A DNA stretch of 64,000 nt. Source: Terriglobia bacterium. Its GTDB lineage: Bacteria > Acidobacteriota > Terriglobia > 20CM-2-55-15. How positions within the stretch are numbered: the first letter of the stretch is position 1; each line of letters opens with the position of its first letter. Made by a program: the position numbers and the translations under genes. Below the pieces are notes generated by a model. The model was not told where the DNA came from and searched no databases. It saw only the letters and a list, made by a program, of their open reading frames with translations. This document shows positions 53,332 through 63,813 of this stretch, in pieces. The stretch lies in contig CAXWPJ010000011.1 of assembly GCA_963664115.2 (NCBI GenBank), positions 78,965 to 142,964 of the forward strand. Reading direction: 5' to 3'.

Positions 53332-54756
53332 ATGACCAAAGCGAAAGCCAAAGCGAAATTCAGTGTGCCCGACGGTGCCGGTGGTCTTAAGCAGGTCAAA
53401 GACTATCGTTTCGATCAAGGTGATTGGCCAATCCGTTTCGAGGTGCCCGAGGACGAGGCCGATGCTTGGTTGCAGTATCTTTCTGCCGAGTCCCGACGGC
53501 GTGGGTGGAGTTCGGCGGGTAGCAGTCAGTTGGAGGCGAAGGAGAACAGCGGCAGCATCACTATTACGACGCGTGGGGAGGATCCACCAGGAGAATTGGT
53601 GATCATCTGGGAGCGCAAACGTGGCGGACCCATCCAGGTCCGAGCGCGACCAGGCGCATCGCCTGCGCTAACTCTCGATGATACGTACGAGTTCTTTCGT
53701 TCCATCAATGACCGAAGCAGCGCGGGCGCGACCGAACAATTTCACCAGGGAGGGTACCTCTATTACGAAGGACTTCCATGGTGTGGTGAACTGTGGCTCG
53801 CTAACACAATCAGGCTTGGTCCCCCTTCACAGCAATACTCAGAAGCTTTGATTGGTCCGCGCATCATCCTCGTCGATGCGCTTGTCAGCGGCACGGACCG
53901 TGAAAACTCGGCCCCTCATTTCAGCGTTTTGCTTCGAGAACTGTCGGTGTTTCTCAGCGTCGTCATGGGAACGCTAATCCGTGTTTCTCAGAACGGGGGT
54001 CGAGGTTGGACTTGGACCACGGGACTCGACGGTCACGTTCAATCTGAAGTTCGAGAGCTAGGTTATTTGGAAACCAACGTCAGTAAGGATATGCCTTCCC
54101 GAGGAGACGCAGGGGCGGTTCCGTTGAGGCAGGTTCATCGCCCGGACTTCTCACAGCCTGGTATCGACGGAAGTACGAATGAAGTTCATCCCCCCGCCGA
54201 CGTGATTGACCTTTGGCAGACATTCGTGGATCTGCCTCAGACCCTGCAACGACAGTTCCTACAAGTTGGGAGCACGTGGCAGGCTGCTCTGACTCTCGGT
54301 CACGAGTATGAAACAACCAGGTTCGCGCTGATGGTATCGGCTTGTGAGTCATTGAAACCTTGGGGAGATCAGTTCCGAAGACACAATATGTACCATGTGG
54401 TGGAAGCGTTACTGGGGAAGCCTCGGGCCGAACGTCTCCGAGAGCAATGGTTCAAGGCACAGGATACTCGGAACGTCCACTTCCATCTGGGCGAATTCCG
54501 GGGCTCTGAATTCGTTCCCCCCATGATCATGTCGAACTTTGATGATCCGACATTCAGACAAGCGAGCGACGAACTATGGCTGATTACTCAGGCTTGTATG
54601 ATCGCGTGGCTTCGTTGTCGCGGTGACGTTCCGCTGACTGCCGTCACACGTCACAATAACTGGAAACGCTGGGTTCGGCAGAATGCACTGTGGATAATGC
54701 CGTTGGGTATCGGCATCGGAGTAATTCTCGGCTGGATTCTCAGCATGTTCTTGTAA
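53332..54756 (+). CDS. putative HEPN-domain protein with C-terminal TM helix
   Basis: RFALMVSACESL helix followed by RNVHFH (RxxxxH). Hydrophobic C-terminus. Confidence 0.6.
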   Translation: MTKAKAKAKFSVPDGAGGLKQVKDYRFDQGDWPIRFEVPEDEADAWLQYLSAESRRRGWSSAGSSQLEAKENSGSITITTRGEDPPGELVIIWERKRGGPIQVRARPGASPALTLDDTYEFFRSINDRSSAGATEQFHQGGYLYYEGLPWCGELWLANTIRLGPPSQQYSEALIGPRIILVDALVSGTDRENSAPHFSVLLRELSVFLSVVMGTLIRVSQNGGRGWTWTTGLDGHVQSEVRELGYLETNVSKDMPSRGDAGAVPLRQVHRPDFSQPGIDGSTNEVHPPADVIDLWQTFVDLPQTLQRQFLQVGSTWQAALTLGHEYETTRFALMVSACESLKPWGDQFRRHNMYHVVEALLGKPRAERLREQWFKAQDTRNVHFHLGEFRGSEFVPPMIMSNFDDPTFRQASDELWLITQACMIAWLRCRGDVPLTAVTRHNNWKRWVRQNALWIMPLGIGIGVILGWILSMFL

Positions 54757-54806
54757 GCACCATGCTCAGAATCAGGATTATCAGCAACACAAGGAAGGCC
54801 CTCCCC

Positions 54807-55232
54807 ATGAACGAATTACCTAATGAATTGATCACTGGCACTGCAGGAGAGCTATTGGTTCAATTGAGGCTTCTTCAGTATGGTGTGCAGGCAGCAGCTC
54901 CTTTGAAGGACACCGGTAACGATCTTATCGCAGTGCGCGGCGATGTCTTTCGGGCCGTCCAGGTTAAGACGACGGGAAGCCCGGGCAAGCCTTGGTCGAG
55001 GGACGGTCTTCAAGAGCGCCAGTTTCACATTCTCGCTCTCGTTCGTTTGGCAGGCAACGCAAGCGGCTATGACTTGGAGGAATCTGAAGTCTATCTCGTG
55101 CCACACGACGATATGCCAGTTAATGGTTGGCGCGAACTTGAACTGGAAAAATACGTGTTGAGCCGGGACCTCGTGGACGCGCTGTTTGATGGCAGGACCG
55201 TGGATTCGGGACCTGCTGAGGCTGTGGTGTAA
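54807..55232 (+). CDS. small PD-(D/E)XK endonuclease
   Basis: GTAGELLV...DLIA...VQVKT motif. Confidence 0.75.
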   Translation: MNELPNELITGTAGELLVQLRLLQYGVQAAAPLKDTGNDLIAVRGDVFRAVQVKTTGSPGKPWSRDGLQERQFHILALVRLAGNASGYDLEESEVYLVPHDDMPVNGWRELELEKYVLSRDLVDALFDGRTVDSGPAEAVV

Positions 55233-55247
55233 GACGAGCTGGTTGGC

Positions 55248-55826
55248 TTAGAGTCTTTGAAGATCTGCTGCTACGGTCCCTTTGTTCACTCCCAGAATTT
55301 TCCCTATCTCCCGATAGCTCTTGCCCTCATCCCGCAACCGCTGAGCCTTCATTCGATCAAAGATCCGTCGAGGCCTCCCGTGAGCCTTCCCTTCCTTCCG
55401 AGCCCGCTCCAGCCCCATGGCAACACGTTCCTTAATCAGTGACCTTTCCAATTCAGCCACAGCACCTAACACCGTGAAGATCATCTTGCCCATTGGCGTT
55501 GACGTATCGACGCTCTCGCCAAGGCTCAAGAAATCCACGCCCAGTGCCTGAAACTCTTCCAACGCCGTTACCAGATGCTTGGTACTCCTGGCGAACCGAT
55601 CAAACCGTGACACCAACACCGCGTCAATTGTTCTTGCCCGCGCATCCTTCATCAACCGGTCTAGGGCTGGGCGTCGATCCTTGCTGCCACTCACACCCAG
55701 GTCTACGTACTCTTCAGCGATGTTAAACCCACGGTTGTTGGCGTATTCCCTCAGTGCTACAAGCTGTGTCTCGGGATTCTGGCCATTGTTCTTCGTCGAT
55801 ACGCGGGCATATAAAGCAACTCTCAT
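55248..55826 (-). CDS. serine recombinase (resolvase/invertase) with C-terminal HTH
   Basis: ALYARVST, RPAL, SRFDRFARS, DTSTPMGK, ERSLIKER, GRPR and an HTH. Confidence 0.95.
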   Translation of the reverse strand: MRVALYARVSTKNNGQNPETQLVALREYANNRGFNIAEEYVDLGVSGSKDRRPALDRLMKDARARTIDAVLVSRFDRFARSTKHLVTALEEFQALGVDFLSLGESVDTSTPMGKMIFTVLGAVAELERSLIKERVAMGLERARKEGKAHGRPRRIFDRMKAQRLRDEGKSYREIGKILGVNKGTVAADLQRL

Positions 55827-55992
55827 TCAGTTCTCTCCTGTCCATCAAACATCTGTTTGTTGGCCACCGAAATCGGTAGAGTCTACCCGTTTGTTATCAG
55901 GCCCGATCGCCGCACTCGGCGAAGGGGTTTTTTGGACACGCTCAGCAAGGTCATGTGGGGAACAGCCCGTAGACCGTCCCCGTAGACTGCTG

Positions 55993-56539
55993 TCACTTGT
56001 TGTCACCTTGCCGTCCAGCCTTCAGGATGCTGTCAGCCGCTTTGAAGATCCGTTGAGCCGACCGCTCTGGGATCTCGGCTCCTGATAACCAGTTCTGGAT
56101 ATATCTCCGGCAGTATTCCGCACCGGGCAAGCTGAGGGACTCCAAACAGATCAGGGCCACAGACTCGGCTTCGGCTTCCTTGAGTGAGCGGGGTAGGGTG
56201 TCGCCGTCGTTCATGGTTGCGGATTCGGTATGGCCCAGGACCACATGCGCTAGTTCGTGAAACGTGGTTTTATCTGGCATGGTGGCCACGGGGTTGATGG
56301 CAATGGCATGACCGCTCGCATAGCCTTGGGTGTTGCCGTTCGGGCTCTCAAAAGGTAGCTCTTCAACGTGCAACGCCTTCAACGCGGTTTCACGGTCCCA
56401 GCTGGGGATCGGACCGCGCTGTACGTCGTCGCCGTCGGTTTGACTCACTACAAACCAGTTTCGGCGGTACACGAACGTCTGACGGACCTGTTCTGTGTCG
56501 TCGCCATGGTCATCCGTGACCGTCTTCTTATAGGTGACC
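55993..56539 (-). pseudogene. ArdC-like antirestriction/ssDNA-binding protein, 5' part removed at the IS256 junction
   Basis: WFVVSQTDG, TTFHELAHVVLGH zincin motif, EAEAESVA...YIQNWL. Confidence 0.75.
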
Positions 56540-57924
56540 GAGTTATAACCGAATCTGGTGTTTGAGGGATTGAATAAGAGCGGCGTATCTGGTTGATTTG
56601 TTGTGACAAAACTTCAAAGCAACCATAGGAGATACGCCACTGTGAGCAAGAGTAACGTGAATGGACCGGAAGGTCGAGAAACGATTGAGGATCCAGTAAC
56701 AGAACTACTACGAGTTGGGGCACAGCAACTGATCCAACGCGCAGTGGAAGCCGAATTGGCAGAGCTGCTATCCCAGCACGGTGGCCGGCGAACTGAGACA
56801 GGAAACGCCGGGGTGGTACGCAACGGTTATCTGCCGGAACGCGAACTGCAGACGGGATTGGGTCCGGTAACAGTCCAAATCCCGAAGGTCCGTGCCAAGA
56901 CGGGCGAAGCTGTGACGTTCCGATCGGCCCTGGTACCACCGTACATTCGGAAGACGAAGTCGCTGGAAGCAGCGGTGCCGTGGTTGTATTTGAAAGGCGT
57001 TTCCAGCGGCGAGATGGGTGAGGCCCTAAAAGTTCTTGTCGGTCCCCAGGCGCAGGGTCTGTCGGCGAGCACGGTATCGCGGTTGAAACAGGTTTGGGGC
57101 GAACAGTACCGCCTCGGATGCGAGGAGCGTTTGGATGCAGATCGCTGGGTCTATGTCTGGGCCGACGGCATCTACAGCGGACTTCGGGCGGAACAAACCA
57201 AGTTGTGTGCATTGGTCGTGATCGGCGTGAATGAACGCGGAGAGAAGCGTTTCCTGGCGATCGAAGACGGTGTACGGGAATCGACACAGAGTTGGCGCGA
57301 GGTCTTGTTGAAGCTGAAGTCCCGTGGGATGAATGTTCCGAAGTTGGCCATCGGTGACGGTGCGATGGGGTTCTGGGCCGCACTGGAGGAAATCTATCCC
57401 GAGACACGTCAACAACGTTGCTGGATGCACAAAGTCATGAACGTCCTCAACTGCCTGCCCAAGTCGGTCCAGGCGAAGGCGAAACAGGCCCTGCACTCGA
57501 TCTGGCAGGCCGAGACGAAGGCAGACGCCGAGAAGGCATTCGACTTGTTCATTGAAACCTATGAACCGAAGTATCCGAAAGCCACACTCTGCCTGCAGAA
57601 AGACAGAGAGGAACTGCTGGCCTTTTACGACTTTCCGGCCAAGCACTGGCAGAGCATCAGAACGACGAATCCCATTGAGTCGACCTTTGCCACCATTCGA
57701 CACCGAACGAAGCGATCCAGAGGTTGCCTGACACGGGATGGCATGCTGCACATGATGTTCAAACTGGGCCAGTGCGCTGAGAACAATTGGCGACGATTAC
57801 GAGGATTCGATGATCTGAGCAAGGTAATCATCGGAGTGAAATTCAACGATGGTGTCGAAGCGACACAAGTCGATCAGGCCGCCGCTTGAATCAATCTCCT
57901 AAACACCACTTTTGACAATAACTC
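56540..57924 (+). mobile_element. IS256-family element, copy 1 (1385 bp)
   Basis: TIRs GAGTTATAACCGAATCTGGTGTTT / AAACACCACTTTTGACAATAACTC. No matching target-site duplication. Confidence 0.95.
56603..57889 (+). CDS. IS256 (Mutator-type DDE) transposase
   Basis: RNGY, WADG, IGDGAMG, QRCWMHK, RTTNPIES. Confidence 0.95.
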   Translation: MTKLQSNHRRYATVSKSNVNGPEGRETIEDPVTELLRVGAQQLIQRAVEAELAELLSQHGGRRTETGNAGVVRNGYLPERELQTGLGPVTVQIPKVRAKTGEAVTFRSALVPPYIRKTKSLEAAVPWLYLKGVSSGEMGEALKVLVGPQAQGLSASTVSRLKQVWGEQYRLGCEERLDADRWVYVWADGIYSGLRAEQTKLCALVVIGVNERGEKRFLAIEDGVRESTQSWREVLLKLKSRGMNVPKLAIGDGAMGFWAALEEIYPETRQQRCWMHKVMNVLNCLPKSVQAKAKQALHSIWQAETKADAEKAFDLFIETYEPKYPKATLCLQKDREELLAFYDFPAKHWQSIRTTNPIESTFATIRHRTKRSRGCLTRDGMLHMMFKLGQCAENNWRRLRGFDDLSKVIIGVKFNDGVEATQVDQAAA

Positions 57925-58357
57925 GACTTCGGCTTCCGTTCCTTCACGTAGCCTTCAATCAGCTTCGTTACCACGCTCCCCATATCCACATCCTGCAGAT
58001 ACGCATTTCAGCTTGAAGGCCTTGTGCAGTTCCTCGGGAATCCGAATGCGTTAGCATTTTCATAACAATCAATATAGGCACGCGCTGTACTGATGTCAAT
58101 ATATAGTTATGTCATTCGGCGCAATCAGAAGGAAAATGGCTAGTATCCGGCAGCCCGGCCCTTACGGTCAAAACGCGAAGGGTTTGCTCGCAGACGGTCG
58201 ACGAGTGGGCAGGGCCAGGGGGGTGTGGGCCCTGTTGGGGGTGGGGTCTTTTGTGTACGCACGACATTACCGCGAAAAACGTTGGTGGCGAAAACTAAGG
58301 TCAACATTCGGAGTTGTGACCGTCCTCAAGCAAATTGAATCACCGCTGCCTAAGCAA
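57925..58357 (-). repeat. inverted duplicate of 63528-63951, including a damaged parG-like gene (57925-58063)
   Basis: The reverse complement matches 63528-63951 with scattered indels. Confidence 0.9.
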
Positions 58358-58367
58358 CTCGAAGAGC

Positions 58368-60395
58368 CTAGTCGTGAGTTCTGTTCCGGTAGAGTCGTTC
58401 GCAGTTTCGGTTAGTCTGGACGGTAGTCATGTCACGGTGCAAGAGTTTCAAAGATCCAGACTCAAGGAGAAATATGTATTCGTATACCGGCATGACCTCA
58501 ACCGTGGGTTGGGGGCGATCCGCTCGGCTGCGCTCCTGTCTTTCTCGAGTTATTGTCAAAAGTGCCGTGTTTAGCGGGCAGATTGATTCAAGCGGCGGCC
58601 TGATCGACTTGTGTCGCTTCGACACCATCGTTGAATTTCACTCCGATGATTACCTTGCTCAGATCATCGAATCCTCGTAATCGTCGCCAATTGTTCGTCA
58701 GCGCACCTGGCCCAGTTTGAACATCATGTGCAGCATGCCATCCCGTGTCAGGCAACCTCTGGATCGCTTCGTTCGGTGTCGAATGGTGGCAAAGGTCGAC
58801 TCAATGGGATTCGTCGTTCTGATGCGGGTCTGCTAAGTGCTTGGCCGGAAAGTTCGTAAAAGGCCAGCAGTTCCTCTCTGATCTTTCTGCAGGCTAGAGT
58901 GTGGCTTTCGGATACTTCGGTTCATAGGTTTCAATGAACAAGTCGAATGCCTTCTCGGCGTCTGCCTTCGTCTCGGCCTGCCAGATCGAGTGCAGGGCCT
59001 GTTTCGCCTTCGCCTGGACCGACTTGGGCAGGCAGTTGAGGACGTTCATGACTTTGTGCATCCAGCAACGTTGTTGACGTGTCTCGGGATAGATTTCCTC
59101 CAGTGCGGCCCAGAACCCCATCGCACCGTCACCGATGGCCAACTTCGGAACATTCATCCCACGGGACTTCAGCTTCAACAAGACCTCGCGCCATACTCTG
59201 TGTCGAGTTCCTCGATGTGACCGTGCTTCGATCGCCAGGAAACGCATTACTCTCCGCGTTCAGTTCACGCCGATCACGACCAATGCACACAACTTGGTTT
59301 GTTCCGCCCGAAGTCCGCTGTAGATGCCGTCGGCCCAGACATAGACCCAGCGATCTGCATCCAAACGCTCCTCGCATCCGAGGCGGTACTGTTCGCCCCA
59401 AACCTGTTTCAACCGCGATACCGTGCTCGCCGACAGACCCTGCGCCTGGGGACCGATCAAGAACTTTTAGGGCCTCATTCCATCTCGCCGCTGGAAACGC
59501 CTTTCAAGATACAACCACGGCACCGCTGCTTCCAGCGACTTCGTCTTCCGAATGTACGGTGGTACCAGGGCCGATCGGAACGTCACAGCTTCGCCCGTCT
59601 TGGCACGGACCTTCGGGATTTGGACTGTTACCGGACCCAATCCCGTCTGCAGTTCGCGTTCCGGCAGATAACCGTTGCGTACCACCCCGGCGTTTCCTGT
59701 CTCAGTTCGCCGGCCACCGTGCTGGGATAGCAGCTCTGCCAATTCGGCTTCCACTGCGCGTTGGATCAACGTTGCTGTGCCCCAACTCGCTAGTAGTTCT
59801 GTTACTGGATCCTCAATCGTTTCTCGACCTTCCGGTCCACTTCACGTTACTCTTGCTCACAGTGGCAAGTATCTCCTATGGTTGCTTTGAAGTTTTGTCA
59901 CAACAAATCAACCAGATACGCCGCACTTATTCAATCCCTCAAACACCAGATTCGGTTATAACTCAGTCTTTCTCTGCATTCTGCCGGTGAAATGCCACCG
60001 CAACTTAGGCCATCAGACAGCGCCCCGAACAATCCACCTAAAGTAGTGCCTTGCTGTCGCTCTATCCGAGTGGCCTCTGGGATAGGGTGTCTTGCTAGAA
60101 TCACCTCCGCTTCAAGCGCCGAATCGACTATTTCAAGCCGAGGCCTACTTTGTTCCGCGTTCCAGCCCGAAATCTCGCGTTCAAGATTCCTGAAAACGTC
60201 AACGTCGAGTCCGACCGACAGATGCACGCGGAGAGAATCGCTGGGGAAATTAGGCGGTCCACTGGCTATCGTAACAGGTACTCCGGACAGCGAAGGCAAT
60301 CGGCTTCCTATTAGATCCAACTCGTCGGGGCTCTGAAGCGACAGTACTAGCAGAATGACTGATAGCAGTTTCTGTTCCTCCTTCCCAGATTGCAT
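58368..60395 (-). pseudogene. hypothetical exported protein interrupted by IS256 copy 2
   Basis: Removing the IS and one TSD restores the frame ...SPAECRE|RQERSRADRPQ...RTHD*. Confidence 0.65.
58547..59964 (-). mobile_element. IS256-family element, copy 2 (inverted, many frameshifts)
   Basis: Same TIRs. GTCTTTCTC occurs on both flanks (9-bp TSD, offset by 1 nt on the right). Confidence 0.92.
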
Positions 60396-60450
60396 ACAGC
60401 TTGGGCTATAGCCTATGGTGTGAATATAGGCTATAGCCAATGCTGGGCGC

Positions 60451-60666
60451 ATGTCCAACGACATTTGTGTCGCGTTCGGCAAACGCCTACGGCAACTCCG
60501 CAAGAAGCAGAGCTGGTCGCAGGAAGAACTCGCGTATCGTGTCGGAATGGATGTCAGCTACTTGAGCGAATTAGAGAACGGAAAGAAGGAACCCTGCCTG
60601 ATCAAGATGAGTGACTTGGCGGGAGGACTCGGCACCGACCTGTCCAAGCTGCTGCGGGATCTCTAG
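60451..60666 (+). CDS. XRE-family HTH regulator (C-protein-like)
   Basis: FGKRLRQLRK...SQEELA...YLSELENGKKEP. Confidence 0.9.
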   Translation: MSNDICVAFGKRLRQLRKKQSWSQEELAYRVGMDVSYLSELENGKKEPCLIKMSDLAGGLGTDLSKLLRDL

Positions 60667-60812
60667 AAAAACAGAAACTCGACAGCAGTCGTTCGCCATC
60701 GAAACCGCGACTTCCCAACCCCACTTCCCGTCGATAAACCAGCCGCGCGCGTAGTCCAAGCCCTCTCCTGCCGTGCTTTGCCATCTAGCACCCGACCTGC
60801 AACCACAGTCAC

Positions 60813-61040
60813 ATGCCAATCGCTCTAATCGCAATCAGCAAAGCCACAGCCCTCCAGGTACAGAGTCAGATCCTCGGCTGTGAACAATGTGCGGACGAAG
60901 CTGAGATACCGCTGTGCTGGCTATTGGATGATGCGACGGGGCGGGATGGGACGACGTACTGACTACTTGCTGTCAGAGGCCGCGAAGTGCCCGAAGTGTA
61001 TGGGCGAGGTTAGCGAGAAGACGTTGGTGGAGTGGTGTAA
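60813..61040 (+). CDS. small zinc-finger-like protein (CxxC...CxxC) with one frameshift
   Basis: MPIALIAISKATALQVQSQILGCEQC...EIPL, then a frameshift near 60957, then TDYLLSEAAKCPKCMGEVSEKTLVEW. 3' end uncertain. Confidence 0.5.
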
Positions 61041-61102
61041 TTCAAGCTACCACCTTCCCAGTTCCCTTGACTCCGTTCCGGCCCGTACCATAGAATCCGC
61101 AC

Positions 61103-61313
61103 ATGGAAATCACGCTCAGCACTCACGTTGAACAGCCTGGAAGAAAGGATCGCACCTGCAGCACCAATCTGTGTTCTTGTAGTCGCGGGCGAGGGAATAC
61201 CTGCGATCATAGGCGGTTGTGGTGACGATGGCAGTGGCGTACCCCCGAACGTTGTAATCATAAGACCGGACGGCTCAATCATCACGCCAACGGCGTGCAT
61301 TGATCCTAACTAA
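61103..61313 (+). CDS. leader/core peptide 1 (about 69 aa after removing one extra C near 61136)
   Basis: MEITLSTHVEQ-LEERIAP AAPICVLVVAGEGIPAIIGGCGDDGSGVPPNVVIIRPDGSIITPTACIDPN. Confidence 0.7.
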
Positions 61314-61322
61314 AGCTAAGTA

Positions 61323-61522
61323 ATGGAACTCGAACTAAGCACTCACATCGAGGAACTGGAACAGCGTATAGCACCTAGTACGGGCCCGATAACCTGCTTG
61401 ACCGTTAATGCCGGAGAGGAATGACCACCGACGGTTGTATCGGCAGTCCGCTGCCCCAGCCGTGGATCATCATCAACAAGCATGATGGTACGTGGTTCGC
61501 GCCGAATATCCGCTTCCTGTAG
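61323..61522 (+). CDS. leader/core peptide 2 (33 aa as sequenced; about 66 aa if one G is restored near 61419)
   Basis: MELELSTHIEELEQRIAP STGPITCLTVNAGE(G)MTTDGCIGSPLPQPWIIINKHDGTWFAPNIRFL. Confidence 0.7.
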
Positions 61523-61532
61523 TGGAGGATCA

Positions 61533-61715
61533 ATGGAACTCAGCACGAACATTGAAGAGTTAGAAGACCGCATCGCACCGGGTCAGGCACCTTTCTGTAT
61601 TGCAGTGACTGCAGGCGCAGGAGCCGAGTTTGACAGTGGCGAGGTGTGCAACGGCAGCGACGAACGGACGCCTCCAGAAATCATCCTCAATGGTGAACTA
61701 ATTCGTCATCCGTAG
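61533..61715 (+). CDS. leader/core peptide 3 (60 aa, intact)
   Basis: GGAGG RBS. MELSTNIEELEDRIAP GQAPFCIAVTAGAGAEFDSGEVCNGSDERTPPEIILNGELIRHP. Confidence 0.8.
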   Translation: MELSTNIEELEDRIAPGQAPFCIAVTAGAGAEFDSGEVCNGSDERTPPEIILNGELIRHP

Positions 61716-61938
61716 ATAACCTGCCCGCTACCGGCCTTTTGCCTGTCGTTCCTCGATACGCCCCCAATGAGCTATATTCCCTTCGATTTCAACGGGATAC
61801 TGCCACAACCGAAGCTCGACAATTCTCAACGTCCGACAAGGTCGTTTAACAGGCGTTGAGAATTTGACAGCGCCTAACTCCGTCCTCTAGTATGTTTTAG
61901 CGTGTTTATAGCAGTTATTTTAGCTACTCACTTTAAAC

Positions 61939-62025
61939 ATGGAATCTGGCACCAAACTCGGTCACTACGAGATCTCAACGCTCTTAGGTAGGGGTGGACA
62001 TGGGGGCAGTGTGGCCCGCTCCCGA
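61939..62025 (+). pseudogene. N-terminal stub of a Hanks-type Ser/Thr kinase
   Basis: MESGTKLGHYEISTLLGRGG-(frameshift)-MGAVW is the Gly-rich loop. Nothing kinase-like follows. Confidence 0.6.
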
Positions 62026-62142
62026 CAATCCAGCAGGAGGCAAGAACGATTGAGCGATCGAAAAGCGGTTGGAGATATCGAGTTAGAACAGAATTTATCG
62101 CACTAGTGCTCTGTCGGGCTATGCCTCCTCGATACGGATCTG

Positions 62143-63527
62143 GAGTTATAACCGAATCTGGTGTTTGAGGGATTGAATAAGAGCGGCGTATCTGGTTGAT
62201 TTGTTGTGACAAAACTTCAAAGCAACCATAGGAGATACGCCACTGTGAGCAAGAGTAACGTGAATGGACCGGAAGGTCGAGAAACGATTGAGGATCCAGT
62301 AACAGAACTACTACGAGTTGGGGCACAGCAACTGATCCAACGCGCAGTGGAAGCCGAATTGGCAGAGCTGCTATCCCAGCACGGTGGCCGGCGAACTGAG
62401 ACAGGAAACGCCGGGGTGGTACGCAACGGTTATCTGCCGGAACGCGAACTGCAGACGGGATTGGGTCCGGTAACAGTCCAAATCCCGAAGGTCCGTGCCA
62501 AGACGGGCGAAGCTGTGACGTTCCGATCGGCCCTGGTACCACCGTACATTCGGAAGACGAAGTCGCTGGAAGCAGCGGTGCCGTGGTTGTATTTGAAAGG
62601 CGTTTCCAGCGGCGAGATGGGTGAGGCCCTAAAAGTTCTTGTCGGTCCCCAGGCGCAGGGTCTGTCGGCGAGCACGGTATCGCGGTTGAAACAGGTTTGG
62701 GGCGAACAGTACCGCCTCGGATGCGAGGAGCGTTTGGATGCAGATCGCTGGGTCTATGTCTGGGCCGACGGCATCTACAGCGGACTTCGGGCGGAACAAA
62801 CCAAGTTGTGTGCATTGGTCGTGATCGGCGTGAATGAACGCGGAGAGAAGCGTTTCCTGGCGATCGAAGACGGTGTACGGGAATCGACACAGAGTTGGCG
62901 CGAGGTCTTGTTGAAGCTGAAGTCCCGTGGGATGAATGTTCCGAAGTTGGCCATCGGTGACGGTGCGATGGGGTTCTGGGCCGCACTGGAGGAAATCTAT
63001 CCCGAGACACGTCAACAACGTTGCTGGATGCACAAAGTCATGAACGTCCTCAACTGCCTGCCCAAGTCGGTCCAGGCGAAGGCGAAACAGGCCCTGCACT
63101 CGATCTGGCAGGCCGAGACGAAGGCAGACGCCGAGAAGGCATTCGACTTGTTCATTGAAACCTATGAACCGAAGTATCCGAAAGCCACACTCTGCCTGCA
63201 GAAAGACAGAGAGGAACTGCTGGCCTTTTACGACTTTCCGGCCAAGCACTGGCAGAGCATCAGAACGACGAATCCCATTGAGTCGACCTTTGCCACCATT
63301 CGACACCGAACGAAGCGATCCAGAGGTTGCCTGACACGGGATGGCATGCTGCACATGATGTTCAAACTGGGCCAGTGCGCTGAGAACAATTGGCGACGAT
63401 TACGAGGATTCGATGATCTGAGCAAGGTAATCATCGGAGTGAAATTCAACGATGGTGTCGAAGCGACACAAGTCGATCAGGCCGCCGCTTGAATCAATCT
63501 CCTAAACACCACTTTTGACAATAACTC
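62143..63527 (+). mobile_element. IS256-family element, copy 3 (1385 bp)
   Basis: Same TIRs and identical translated transposase as copy 1. No matching TSD. Confidence 0.95.
62206..63492 (+). CDS. IS256 transposase
   Basis: 428 aa, identical to 56603..57889. Confidence 0.95.
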   Translation: MTKLQSNHRRYATVSKSNVNGPEGRETIEDPVTELLRVGAQQLIQRAVEAELAELLSQHGGRRTETGNAGVVRNGYLPERELQTGLGPVTVQIPKVRAKTGEAVTFRSALVPPYIRKTKSLEAAVPWLYLKGVSSGEMGEALKVLVGPQAQGLSASTVSRLKQVWGEQYRLGCEERLDADRWVYVWADGIYSGLRAEQTKLCALVVIGVNERGEKRFLAIEDGVRESTQSWREVLLKLKSRGMNVPKLAIGDGAMGFWAALEEIYPETRQQRCWMHKVMNVLNCLPKSVQAKAKQALHSIWQAETKADAEKAFDLFIETYEPKYPKATLCLQKDREELLAFYDFPAKHWQSIRTTNPIESTFATIRHRTKRSRGCLTRDGMLHMMFKLGQCAENNWRRLRGFDDLSKVIIGVKFNDGVEATQVDQAAA

Positions 63528-63813
63528 TTGCTTAGGCAGCGGTGATTCAATCGCTTGAGGACGGTCGCAACTCCGAATGTTGACCGAGTTTTCGCCACCA
63601 ACGTGCGCGGCTGTGTGCGTACACAAAAGACCCCACCCCCAAAGGGCCCACACCCCCCTGGCCCTGCCCACTCGTCGACCGTCTGCGAGCAAACCCTTCG
63701 CGTTTTGACCGTGGGCCGGGCTGCCGGATACTAGCCATTTTCCTTCTGATTGCATTACCGAATGACATAACTATATATTGACATCAGTACAGCGCGTGCC
63801 TATATTGATTGTT

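Noticed and set aside
58547-59964. IS256 copy 2 as an anciently decayed element or programmed frameshift
   Set aside because: The differences are mostly scattered small indels that extend into the flanking duplicate, more consistent with sequencing noise.
60451-60666. Restriction-modification controller locus
   Set aside because: The protein is C-protein-like, but no methyltransferase or restriction gene is adjacent.
63620-63670. G/C-run tract as a phage cos/pac site or replication origin
   Set aside because: No terminase, capsid or rep gene is visible and the resemblance is too weak.
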